Positions 28,531 to 37,011 of a stretch of 37,011 bases of DNA are shown one piece after another. The notes under the pieces are model-generated. The model did no database searches, was not told where the DNA came from, and saw only the letters and a program-made list of their open reading frames with translations. Location: NCBI GenBank assembly GCA_964493945.1, contig CAZBQG010000005.1:1127-38137 (forward strand). Reading direction: 5' to 3'. This DNA is from an uncultured Rhodospirillaceae bacterium (GTDB lineage Bacteria > Pseudomonadota > Alphaproteobacteria > Rhodospirillales > UBA2165). Numbering within the stretch: the first letter of the stretch is position 1; every line of letters begins with the position of its first letter. The position numbers were made by a program, and so were the translations under genes.

Positions 28531-29594
28531 GCCTCGTTCGTGCCCGTGAGGGTGATGCTGTCTTCGCCGTCCGCGCGCGCCACCACCCGCCCGATGGGGG
28601 TGAGGGTTTCGCCCGCCTGGGCCAGAACGCGGCTGATCTCGTCACATTTATTTGGCGCGCAAATGAGCACCATGCCGATGCCGCAATTAAACGTGCCGGC
28701 CATGTCGGAAGCATCCAGCCCGCCCATCTCCGCCAGCCAGGAGAAAAGCTCGCCAAAACGCCAGGCCGTTGCGTCCAGTTCCGCCCCCAGCCCCTCGGGT
28801 ATGACCCGCCCGATATTGCCGGTGAGGCCGCCACCGGTGATATGGGCCAACCCATGGACGCCGCCTTCGTTGATCGCCGCCAGACAACTTTTCACATAAA
28901 TCCGCGTGGGGCGGAGCAGCGTTGGTCCTAATGTCTCATCGGCGTCAAAGGGTGCGGGCCCGGCCAGGTCCAGCCCTTCGCGCTCGATCAGGCTGCGGAC
29001 CAGGGAAAATCCGTTGGAATGAACGCCGTTTGATGCCAGCCCCAACAGCACATCGCCTTCGGCCACCTCTTTTCCGGTGGGCACCTCGTCCCGCTCCACG
29101 GCGCCGACGGCAAAGCCGGCCAGATCGTAATGGCCCTGGCCGTACATGCCGGGCATCTCGGCAGTCTCACCGCCGATCAGAGTGCAGCCCGCCATTTGGC
29201 AGCCTTCGGCAATGCCCGCCACCACGTCCCTGGCGAGCCCGGGTTCAAGTTGACCCGTCGCGAAATAATCCAGAAAAAATAATGGCTCGGCGCCCTGCAC
29301 CACCAAATCGTTGACGCACATGGCAACCAGATCGATGCCCACATATTGATGCAGGCCCGCTTCCCGGGCCAGGATCAGTTTGGTTCCCACACCATCGGTA
29401 GCGGCGACCAGGACCGGGTCTTCATAGCCGGCGGCTTTGGGATCGAAGAGAGCACCAAATCCACCCAGCCCATCCATGGCACCCGGGCGCCGGGTTGCTT
29501 CGGCCAGGGGTTTGATGGTTTCAACAATGGAATCGCCGGCGGCGATATCGACGCCGGCCTGCTTGTAGTCGAGCTTGTCGCGGGGGTTGGCCAT
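28518..29594 (-). CDS. purM: AIR synthetase
   Basis: [47 protein letters not shown]. Start ATG 29594. Confidence 0.97.
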   Translation of the reverse strand: MANPRDKLDYKQAGVDIAAGDSIVETIKPLAEATRRPGAMDGLGGFGALFDPKAAGYEDPVLVAATDGVGTKLILAREAGLHQYVGIDLVAMCVNDLVVQGAEPLFFLDYFATGQLEPGLARDVVAGIAEGCQMAGCTLIGGETAEMPGMYGQGHYDLAGFAVGAVERDEVPTGKEVAEGDVLLGLASNGVHSNGFSLVRSLIEREGLDLAGPAPFDADETLGPTLLRPTRIYVKSCLAAINEGGVHGLAHITGGGLTGNIGRVIPEGLGAELDATAWRFGELFSWLAEMGGLDASDMAGTFNCGIGMVLICAPNKCDEISRVLAQAGETLTPIGRVVARADGEDSITLTGTNEAWEC

Positions 29595-29687
29595 GGTTTG
29601 GTTTGAAAACCCTTTCACCCAGGCCCCAACATGATAGATTATGGACCAAGGCGTGCATAAAATATTCCGGAACCGGGGCAGTTGGCA

Positions 29688-30875
29688 ATGATCGAGCAAA
29701 GCACAAGCTTAGCAAGGCTTAGGAGCCGGCTTTTGGTCCGGCCCGTGGCGCTTGTGTTTTTCGTTCTGCTACTGATTCCCTTTTCTTTTTCGCAGGTCTC
29801 GGCCGCTGATCTGTTCACGGTTGCCGGTGTGGATGTGGATGTGACGGCAGACAGCGCCGAGGCTGCGCGCAAACAGGCCCTGAAGGCGGGCGAGGGGTTG
29901 GCCTTCGAGCGTTTGCTCAAACGCCTGACCCTGAAGGCCGACCGGGAACGGCTTCCCAGGCTGAAGCCCGGCGAAATAGCCCCCTTCGTGCGGGATTTCC
30001 AGGTGAGCGAGGAAAAATCCTCTCCGGTCCGCTATCTGGCCAAGCTTACTTTCCACTTCAAGGCACCCCTTTTGCGCGATCTGCTTCGCGATTACGGGTT
30101 GGAATTCGCCGAAACTCCCTCCAAACCGGTTCTTTTGCTGCCCGTATTCCGCTCCCTGGGCGTGGTCTCGCTATGGGACGACCCCAATCCCTGGCGGCGG
30201 GTATGGAAGGGGGCTGAAAAGTCATCGGGTCTGGTGCCTTTGCGCTTGCCCCGGGGGGATTTGACCGATATCGCCACCATCGGTGCCGAGCAGGCGGTGA
30301 GCGGCGACAAACAGCGCCTGGAAGCCCTGGTCCGGCGCCATAAGGTCTCGGACGTGATGGTCGCCCTGGCGGTTATGGGTGCGAACCGCAAGGGCCTGCG
30401 CCAGGTGCGGATCACACTCGACCGGTATAACCGCCAGCGTGACGATCAGCGTCTGGAACTGGCTCTGGACGGGGCGCCGGGCGAGGCGTTGGATTTGCTT
30501 TTGGGCCGGGCCCAGATTGCGGTCAGGGACGGCATCGAGGAAATGTGGAAGCGTGATAATATTTTGCGTTTCGACAGCGCCACGGTGCTCGCCGTGACCC
30601 TGCCCATCCGGAGTTTGCTGGATTGGGTCGAGGCGAAAAAGCGCCTGGGCGTCATCGCCGTTATCCAGCGCCTGGATTTGGTCTTGATTTCCAGGGACGA
30701 GGTGCGCATCAATCTCCATCATATCGGCGAGGTGGAGCAGCTTTCCCTGGCCCTGGCCCAGGCGGATATGGTACTGGCCCAGGAGGAAAGGGGATGGATT
30801 CTGGGCTTACAGGGCCGGGCCAATAGTGGGCAGGGCCGGGGCATCCCAATACGCCCGAAGAAAGACGGCGCATGA
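29688..30875 (+). CDS. DUF2066-like exported protein
   Basis: Signal peptide, [21 protein letters not shown]; divergent from purM as is usual in alphaproteobacteria. Confidence 0.75.
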   Translation: MIEQSTSLARLRSRLLVRPVALVFFVLLLIPFSFSQVSAADLFTVAGVDVDVTADSAEAARKQALKAGEGLAFERLLKRLTLKADRERLPRLKPGEIAPFVRDFQVSEEKSSPVRYLAKLTFHFKAPLLRDLLRDYGLEFAETPSKPVLLLPVFRSLGVVSLWDDPNPWRRVWKGAEKSSGLVPLRLPRGDLTDIATIGAEQAVSGDKQRLEALVRRHKVSDVMVALAVMGANRKGLRQVRITLDRYNRQRDDQRLELALDGAPGEALDLLLGRAQIAVRDGIEEMWKRDNILRFDSATVLAVTLPIRSLLDWVEAKKRLGVIAVIQRLDLVLISRDEVRINLHHIGEVEQLSLALAQADMVLAQEERGWILGLQGRANSGQGRGIPIRPKKDGA

Positions 30876-31438
30876 GTAAAGACGACATACGCATGAATTT
30901 GCCGAATTTGATCAGCTTCGGCCGGCTGTTGGCCGTGCCGGTCTGCGTCTGGCTGATCCTGGATGGTAATATGCGCGTGGCTTTCTGGGTCTTCCTCGCC
31001 GCCTGTGTGAGCGACGCGGTTGATGGTTTTATCGCCAAGAAATTCGACTGCGAAACCGTGCTGGGCGGGTTTCTCGACCCCATCGCCGACAAGGCCCTCC
31101 TGGTCAGTGTTTTCATCGGGTTGGGTCAGGCGGGCCTGATCGAAAGCTGGCTGGTTATCTTGGTGGTTTTCCGGGATGGGCTGATCATCCTCGGCGCCTT
31201 TCTCTATCAGCTTCTATATCAGCGCCTGATCATGCAGCCCCTGATGATCAGTAAGGTGAACACGACCGCCCAGTTCGTTATGGCCGGCTCGGTTTTGGCC
31301 ATGGCCGGTTTCGGATTGGAATATCCGCTGTTCCACGGGATGCAAGTCTATCTGGTGGCGGGCACCACCTTGGCGTCGGGCGCCAGTTACGTCATCCGGT
31401 GGAGCTACCGGGCCGTGGCCATGGAGCCCGGTGATTGA
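30872..31438 (+). CDS. CDP-alcohol phosphatidyltransferase (PgsA-like)
   Basis: NLPNLISFGR, SDAVDGFIAK..LGGFLDPIADK. Confidence 0.92.
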   Translation: MSKDDIRMNLPNLISFGRLLAVPVCVWLILDGNMRVAFWVFLAACVSDAVDGFIAKKFDCETVLGGFLDPIADKALLVSVFIGLGQAGLIESWLVILVVFRDGLIILGAFLYQLLYQRLIMQPLMISKVNTTAQFVMAGSVLAMAGFGLEYPLFHGMQVYLVAGTTLASGASYVIRWSYRAVAMEPGD

Positions 31439-32502
31439 GCGCCACGGCCAAAACGTGGATATGGATCGCAGTCCTGGCGGGCTTCGGTGGGGTCATCTAT
31501 TTGTCCAGTGCCGTCCTTTTGCCCTTCGTCGCGGGCATGGCCGTCGCCTATTTCCTGGATCCCCTGGCCGACCGGCTGGAAGCCTGGCGGTGTTCGCGCA
31601 CCCTGGCGACGATTATCATCACGGCGGGTTTTTTTCTGATCGTTGTCTTGCTCATCTTGCTGATATTTCCTCTGCTGCAAGGTCAGATCATCGGGCTTAT
31701 CCGCAAGATCCCGGCCCTGGTGGAAAACCTCACCCAATGGCTGGCACCGTTCCAGGAAGAGCTGGAGGCTCAGTTCAGCGGTGATAAAAAAGACAAGTTG
31801 CGGGCCCTCTCGGAAAGTTTCGCGGGCACCGCCGGAAAATGGTTTGCGGGTATTTTGAAGGGTATCTGGCAGGGCGGCTTGGCCTTGTTCAACCTGCTCT
31901 CGCTTTTGTTTATCACGCCCCTGGTCAGCTTCTATCTGCTGCGCGATTGGGACCGTATCACGGCGGCCGTCGATGGCTGGCTGCCCCGCGCTCAGGCGCC
32001 TAAAATCCGTGCTATTCTGACTGATATCGATATCAGCCTGGCCGGTTTCGTGCGGGGGCAGGGGACGGTTTGCCTGGTGCTGGGCGCCTTCTACGGCATC
32101 GGCCTGACCCTGACCGACCTGGATTTCGGGCTTCTCGTCGGCATCGGGACCGGGCTTATTTCCTTCATCCCCTATTTCGGCATGTTGATCGGCATGGCCG
32201 GCGCCCTGGCCATCGCCATCGCCCAGTTCACAGACTGGATTCCCATCGCACTTGTCCTGGCCGTGTTCATCGCCGGGCAAATCCTGGAAGCCGTACTCAT
32301 GACGCCCAAGCTGGTCGGCGACAAGGTGGGGCTGCACCCGGTCTGGATCATTTTCGCCCTGATGGCCGGCGGGGCCGGTTTCGGCTTTACCGGGCTTCTT
32401 TTGGCCGTTCCCGTGGCCGCCGCCATCGGCGTGCTGGTCCGCCATTTCCTGAGCGGCTATCTGGACAGCGAGCTTTATGGCGGCGAGGATGGGGAGTCCT
32501 AG
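31435..32502 (+). CDS. AI-2E (PerM/TqsA) family transporter
   Basis: AYFLDP, FVRGQ, SFIPYFG, PKLVGDKVGLHP. Confidence 0.92.
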   Translation: MSATAKTWIWIAVLAGFGGVIYLSSAVLLPFVAGMAVAYFLDPLADRLEAWRCSRTLATIIITAGFFLIVVLLILLIFPLLQGQIIGLIRKIPALVENLTQWLAPFQEELEAQFSGDKKDKLRALSESFAGTAGKWFAGILKGIWQGGLALFNLLSLLFITPLVSFYLLRDWDRITAAVDGWLPRAQAPKIRAILTDIDISLAGFVRGQGTVCLVLGAFYGIGLTLTDLDFGLLVGIGTGLISFIPYFGMLIGMAGALAIAIAQFTDWIPIALVLAVFIAGQILEAVLMTPKLVGDKVGLHPVWIIFALMAGGAGFGFTGLLLAVPVAAAIGVLVRHFLSGYLDSELYGGEDGES

Positions 32503-33181
32503 AAAAATTTCCACCGGCCCAAGCCAGATGCCCCTTGATTTTGCCCATCGTCCCGCCCTTTCGGGCGATGATTTTTTGGTCGCGCCGTCCAACCAGGGCG
32601 CCGTCGATTGGCTTGACCGCTGGCCCGATTGGCCTTCTCCGGCACTGGTGCTTTTTGGCCCGCCGGGTTCGGGCAAGAGCCATTTGGCCAATGTCTTCAT
32701 GGCCAAAACAAGCGCCCGGGCACTGGAGCGGGGTGATCTGGGCCGGGCGGACGGGGAAGAACTGGCGGCCCGTTCGCCGGTCTGGGTGGTGGATGATGCC
32801 GATCAAGGCTGGGACGAGGAGGGGCTGCTTCATCTCTATAATTCCCTGGCCGGGCGGGGCGGCCATATGCTGTTTTGCGCGAAAGCGCCGCCATCCGCTT
32901 GGGGACTTAAGCTGGCCGATCTGGCATCAAGGCTGAAGGCGGCCCAGGCGGTTGAAATCGGGCTGCCCGGCGATGCCTTGTTCGAGGCCGTGCTGGTCAA
33001 GCTTTTCTCGGACCGCCAATTGAGGGTGCAGGCTGGGGTGGTGGATTTCCTGGTGGCGCGCATGGAACGGTCCCTGGACGCGGCACGCCGACTGGTCGCG
33101 GAAATCGACGCCATGGCCCTGGCCGAGCGACGCAACGTAACGGTACCGCTGGTCAGCCGTGTGCTGGGTGAGAGGGAGTGA
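32489..33181 (+). CDS. hdaA: DnaA regulatory inactivator HdaA
   Basis: Clamp-binding [40 protein letters not shown]. Start 32477 or 32489. Confidence 0.88.
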   Translation: MGSPRKISTGPSQMPLDFAHRPALSGDDFLVAPSNQGAVDWLDRWPDWPSPALVLFGPPGSGKSHLANVFMAKTSARALERGDLGRADGEELAARSPVWVVDDADQGWDEEGLLHLYNSLAGRGGHMLFCAKAPPSAWGLKLADLASRLKAAQAVEIGLPGDALFEAVLVKLFSDRQLRVQAGVVDFLVARMERSLDAARRLVAEIDAMALAERRNVTVPLVSRVLGERE

Positions 33182-33185
33182 GCCG

Positions 33186-33512
33186 ATGAGTTCATTTGCT
33201 TTTTATCTGGGCGCCGCCCTGGCCGAGATTGCCGGGTCTTTCGCCTTTTGGGCCTGGTTGCGTCTGGGCAAAAGCATTCTTTGGGTTTTGCCCGGCATCC
33301 TCTGTCTCATATTGTTTGCCATATTGCTGACGCGCATCGATGCGGCTTTTGCCGGGCGTGCCTATGCGGCCTATGGCGGTATCTATATCATCGCGTCGTT
33401 GTTCTGGCTGTGGATCATCGAAGGGGCCAGGCCCGACCGCTGGGATATGGTGGGCGCCAGCCTGTGCCTTCTGGGAGCGGGGGTTATCTTGTTGGGCTCC
33501 AGAGCTGTCTGA
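33186..33512 (+). CDS. ynfA: YnfA (UPF0060) SMR-like membrane protein
   Basis: [26 protein letters not shown]. Confidence 0.92.
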   Translation: MSSFAFYLGAALAEIAGSFAFWAWLRLGKSILWVLPGILCLILFAILLTRIDAAFAGRAYAAYGGIYIIASLFWLWIIEGARPDRWDMVGASLCLLGAGVILLGSRAV

Positions 33513-33520
33513 GGGGCCGC

Positions 33521-35182
33521 CTATTCGGCGCCACGCTTGGCGATGTCCGGGTTTTTCAGCACCGCGGCGCCGTCCCAGACGGCCACCACCCGGTTGCGGA
33601 AAGGCTGGCTGAAATCGGGTGTTGCGCCCTTCGGTAATTTCCGGTGATAGGAGACGATCTTGCCGCCCGGATTGGCCTTGATCCATTGCACCACTTCGGC
33701 ATCCCCGGTGACGGCGAGGGGTTGTTTCAGGCGGCCCAGGAAATTGTACTGGCCGTGATATTTGCCGTAATTGGCAACCGCTTTTCCTTGAGCTTGCAGC
33801 TTGGCGATATGGCTGGCCAGGGGCTTCAGATCATAAGACTGGGCCAGCCTGGGCCCCGCCGTGCCGTGCAGGGCGGCGACGCTCAGCACGGAAAGAATGG
33901 CCAGCCCGGCGCCCCGCCCGGTGAGGTCCAGGGGCGGGCGCAAAAGCAGCCAAAGCCCGCCCAGGAATAGCGGTAAAATCCAAAGCGGGTTGGGGTTGAG
34001 CGCCAAATCGCCATATCCAAAGACCGGAGCCAGCACGGGCAAGGCCAAAAGCAATCCGCCCAGGCACATTAACAGGAGCACGGGCAAACCCAGATCCAGC
34101 CTGGCCCCGATACGCCCCGCTCCGGCCCCCAGGCGGGCCAGCAAAAGTGCCGCCCCCAGCCCCAGGGCGGGGAAGATGGGGATTAGATAATGGGGCCCCT
34201 TGCCGCTGATCATGGACAGGAGAATGAATGTCCCCCCGACCCAGACGATGATCAGGCGTAAGCCCATATCGGCGCCCGCATCGGCGCGGGCGGGGCTGGG
34301 GCGGATCAGGCGCCAAAGGCCCCGCAACAGGCTGGGCCAGAACAGCCAGGGCAGGATCAGGCCGGGCAGGATCGCGGCGTACCACCAGAAGGGCCGGCTA
34401 TGGGCGAAAGACTGCACCATGCGCCCCGCCGACTGGTCCCAGAATATGGCATTTTGATAGGCTTCCCCGCCGCTGAAGCCGGCCGGCACGGCCCACAAAA
34501 GTGCGAGCCCTGCGCCACCCGCCAGGGCCAGACAGAAGGGCCCATACCAGCGCCGCCCGGCCGCCTGGAAGCCTTGTCCCGTCCAATAGGGACCCAATAA
34601 TGCGGCGGGGCAAAGATGGATGAGGATCACCGGCCCCTTGGTCAGAACCCCCATGCCGATGGCCAGGCCAAAAAGCACCCAGCCCCGGACGGCATCTTTG
34701 CGGTCCGTGGCGATGCAGGCCTGGCTCATTCCCAAAAGCCCCATCAGGACCCAAAATGCCAAGATCATATCGAACATGGTCAGGGTGCCGAACAGGCCCC
34801 AAGAGGCGGCGCCCAACAGGAAAAAAGGCGCCAATTGATGGATCATGGCATCGTTGGGCCATAGGCGCCGGCCCAGCATGGCGGTCAGCCCCAGCGTTCC
34901 CAGGGCGAACAACGGCGCCACCATTCGGGGCCACCAATCGTTCACACCGAAAATGCCCCAACCCAGATTGATCAGCCAAAAGAGAAGCGGCGGCTTGTGG
35001 CTGTAGGGTTCACCATTGAGATAAGGCACCAGGAAATCGCCGCGCAGCCACATCTCCCAGGCGACGCCCACATAGCGGGTCTCATCGACCGGCAGGAGGG
35101 GGCGGAAATAAAGGGCGGCCATCAGCGCAAGTGCCCAAAGCACGGCCCAGACCCGCCAGGAAGTTAAGGAAAACCCATTCAT
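33521..35182 (-). CDS. ArnT/PMT-like (GT83/GT39) membrane glycosyltransferase
   Basis: PVDETRY, YSHKPPLLFWL, LTKGP, HSRPFWWY, KGPHYLIP. Confidence 0.88.
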   Translation of the reverse strand: MNGFSLTSWRVWAVLWALALMAALYFRPLLPVDETRYVGVAWEMWLRGDFLVPYLNGEPYSHKPPLLFWLINLGWGIFGVNDWWPRMVAPLFALGTLGLTAMLGRRLWPNDAMIHQLAPFFLLGAASWGLFGTLTMFDMILAFWVLMGLLGMSQACIATDRKDAVRGWVLFGLAIGMGVLTKGPVILIHLCPAALLGPYWTGQGFQAAGRRWYGPFCLALAGGAGLALLWAVPAGFSGGEAYQNAIFWDQSAGRMVQSFAHSRPFWWYAAILPGLILPWLFWPSLLRGLWRLIRPSPARADAGADMGLRLIIVWVGGTFILLSMISGKGPHYLIPIFPALGLGAALLLARLGAGAGRIGARLDLGLPVLLLMCLGGLLLALPVLAPVFGYGDLALNPNPLWILPLFLGGLWLLLRPPLDLTGRGAGLAILSVLSVAALHGTAGPRLAQSYDLKPLASHIAKLQAQGKAVANYGKYHGQYNFLGRLKQPLAVTGDAEVVQWIKANPGGKIVSYHRKLPKGATPDFSQPFRNRVVAVWDGAAVLKNPDIAKRGAE

Positions 35183-35190
35183 TTATGGGC

Positions 35191-35218
35191 ATTATAAGTC
35201 ATTTGTCCTGGCTGCCAA
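35191..35218 (-). promoter_or_regulatory. Putative sigma70 promoter of the ArnT-like gene (TTGGCA-N16-TATAAT), probably leaderless
   Basis: Consensus -10 ends 8 nt before ATG 35182; no Shine-Dalgarno. Confidence 0.55.
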
Positions 35219-35310
35219 AAGAATGCTGCCGGCTGAAAACTTTTGGCATTCGGGCGTGACGTGTATAAAGGCCCGGCCATGCAAGAAACGCATCATTCAG
35301 GGGGACGGAA

Positions 35311-36396
35311 ATGGATCTTTTTTCACCGATCAAAGTGGGCCCGCACACGCTTGCCAACCGGGTCGCCATGGCCCCTCTGGCCCGCGCCAGATGCGGCGAT
35401 GACCGGGCCCCCAACGATCTGGTTTGTGAATATTACACCCAGCGTTCGGGCGCCGGGCTGATCGTGTCCGAAGCCTCTTCCGTTTCCCCCATGTCGGTCA
35501 GCCGGCCATACGCCTCGGCGATCTATGGGGATGCCCATATGCAAGGCTGGACCAGGGTGGCCGATGCGGTCCACGCCGCCGGCGGGATCATGTTTCAGCA
35601 AATTTACCATATCGGGCGGAAATCAGACCCGTCCCGCATGCCCGGCGGCGCCAAGCCCGTGGCGCCCTCGGAAGTAGCCGCCAAGGGCCAGGTGAACGGG
35701 CTCAACGGCCCGGTGGATTTCGCCACGCCCCGCGCCCTGGAAGATTCTGAAATCCCCGGTGTCATCGAGGAATTTAGGCGGGGCGCCGCCCACTTTAAGG
35801 CGGCCGGCATGGACGGGGTGGAAATCCACGGCGCCAATGCCTTTCTGGTCGATCAGTTTCTCAAGGATGTGACCAACCGGCGTACTGACGGCTATGGGGG
35901 CAGCGTGGAAAACCGGGCGCGTTTTTTGCTGGAGGTGGTGGAAGCGGTCGCGGATGTGTGGGGCGCGGACCGGGTGGGGATACGCCTCTCTCCTCATAGC
36001 CGGGGTGACGGCATCGGGACCAGCGATTCCTCAGCGCTATATGAGTTTTTGGCCAAGGAACTGGACGGCATGAGCCTGGCCTATATCCATCTGGTGGAAG
36101 GCCAGGCCGACGGCATACCCCAGTCGCCGGCAGAAGGCGATGCGCCCTTGATGGGTCTGATCCGGGAAAATTTCTCCGGTCCCCTGATCGTCAATGGTGG
36201 CTATCAGCGGGAAACGGCAACCAAGCTTATCGAGACCGGCCAGACCGATATGGTGGCCTTCGGCTCGCTCTTCATCGCTAATCCCGATCTGGTGGAACGT
36301 TTCCGCCAAAACGCCGAAATGAACGAGCCCGACCGCTCTTCTTTTCATGTGGGCGGCGCCGAGGGCTATACGGATTATCCGTTTCTGGCCGGATAA
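35311..36396 (+). CDS. Old Yellow Enzyme family flavin oxidoreductase (NemA/XenB-like) with atypical active site
   Basis: NRVAMAPL, YYTQRS, DGVEIHGAN, NRRTDGYGGSVENRARF, GIRLSP, IANPDL, GYTDYP. Confidence 0.93.
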   Translation: MDLFSPIKVGPHTLANRVAMAPLARARCGDDRAPNDLVCEYYTQRSGAGLIVSEASSVSPMSVSRPYASAIYGDAHMQGWTRVADAVHAAGGIMFQQIYHIGRKSDPSRMPGGAKPVAPSEVAAKGQVNGLNGPVDFATPRALEDSEIPGVIEEFRRGAAHFKAAGMDGVEIHGANAFLVDQFLKDVTNRRTDGYGGSVENRARFLLEVVEAVADVWGADRVGIRLSPHSRGDGIGTSDSSALYEFLAKELDGMSLAYIHLVEGQADGIPQSPAEGDAPLMGLIRENFSGPLIVNGGYQRETATKLIETGQTDMVAFGSLFIANPDLVERFRQNAEMNEPDRSSFHVGGAEGYTDYPFLAG

Positions 36397-36488
36397 CCGG
36401 CGGGCAGCTCCGGCGCATACGCCAAACCCAAGCGGCGGCGCTTTCCGCATGGTGTGGGCATCTACCGCAAGCTACCCCGGTGCAGAAA

Positions 36489-36795
36489 CCAAAACCCCCC
36501 TCTTTCGGGGCTTTGGCCGAGCGCAAGCGCGAGCGCGACCAACGGGAGTGTAGCCAAGGGGGTGGATGCCCCCGCCCGGCGACTGAGGGAATCCAAAAAG
36601 ACTCTAGCGCCAGGGTAATAGGTTAACGGTCGGGCAAATCCTTTTTCTTTAACCGCCCAGCGGGGCGAGGGGGAAAAGAAAGAAGGGCTTGCTTGGCATG
36701 GCCGAGTGCCCGGCCTGAGTTGATTATGTGGTACCCGCCACCGCCTCAAGCTTTGTCCTCGTCGCTCCGCTCCTGCGGGAAAGCTTGACTCGGTG
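36489..36795. repeat. Cluster of three palindromic non-coding modules (REP/MITE-like or structured RNA)
   Basis: Nested inverted repeats at 36498-36589, 36627-36704 and 36739-36795. Confidence 0.55.
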
Positions 36796-36957
36796 TCTTG
36801 TGGAGGAGAATCGAGAAAATGAGTTTACTCTTAACCTGTTGATATTAGTTATATTTCTTAAAATTCACAATTCAAGATGTGACCCCTGCTCTTACTTGCA
36901 ATTCGTCCTGCTCGCCTTCCCACTTTAAATATCCGGAGCCTTGGAAGATTCTAACTG

Positions 36958-37011
36958 TGAGCTACTCCCCAATTGTTAGACAGGTTTGGCGGCGATTTAA
37001 GCTACAGTCCG
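36958..37011 (-). mobile_element. Probable right end of an IS3-family element, truncated by the window edge
   Basis: TGAGCTACTCCCCAATTGTTAGACA resembles IS3-family termini. A minus-strand frame ends RTVA* (TAA 36999-36997) just inside it. Confidence 0.55.

Noticed and set aside
28518-29699. Longer PurM start at 29699
   Set aside because: Overlaps the divergent DUF2066 gene; homology begins at ATG 29594.
31405-32706. 433-aa minus-strand ORF
   Set aside because: Antisense shadow of the AI-2E and hdaA genes.
36693-36710. Sigma54 promoter TTGGCATGGCCGAGTGC
   Set aside because: GG-to-GC spacing is 11 rather than the required 10, and there is no downstream gene.
36400-37011. tRNA, CRISPR array or small CDSs in the terminal region
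   Set aside because: No T-loop or cloverleaf, no regularly spaced direct repeats, and the short ORFs lack motifs and overlap palindromes.

Overview
GC-rich chromosomal segment, most likely from an alphaproteobacterium (Rhodospirillales-like, inferred from gene order and sequence style). Two housekeeping blocks are intact. The first is lptF-lptG-lptD-surA-pdxA-rsmA facing gmk-yicC-mltG-fabF-acpP-fabG-fabD. The second is purN-purM facing DUF2066-CDP-alcohol phosphatidyltransferase-AI-2E-hdaA. Between them lies an ~11.4 kb accessory block (16443-27880) with no visible integrase. It carries a stand-alone PadB-like molybdoenzyme catalytic subunit and a hidden remnant of a TenA/PqqC-like gene. It also carries a compact operon encoding a family VIII serine hydrolase, a maleylacetate-reductase-like protein lacking canonical metal ligands, and a TAXI-TRAP transporter. 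Two decaying genes complete it: a PEMT-type methyltransferase and a c-heme/PAS hybrid histidine kinase. The right end holds ynfA, an ArnT-like glycosyltransferase, an Old Yellow Enzyme with a remodelled active site (catalytic Tyr to Phe and more), a stack of non-coding hairpin modules and a probable IS3-family terminus at the window edge. No rRNA, tRNA or CRISPR was seen. All family calls come from motif recognition by eye, not database searches.
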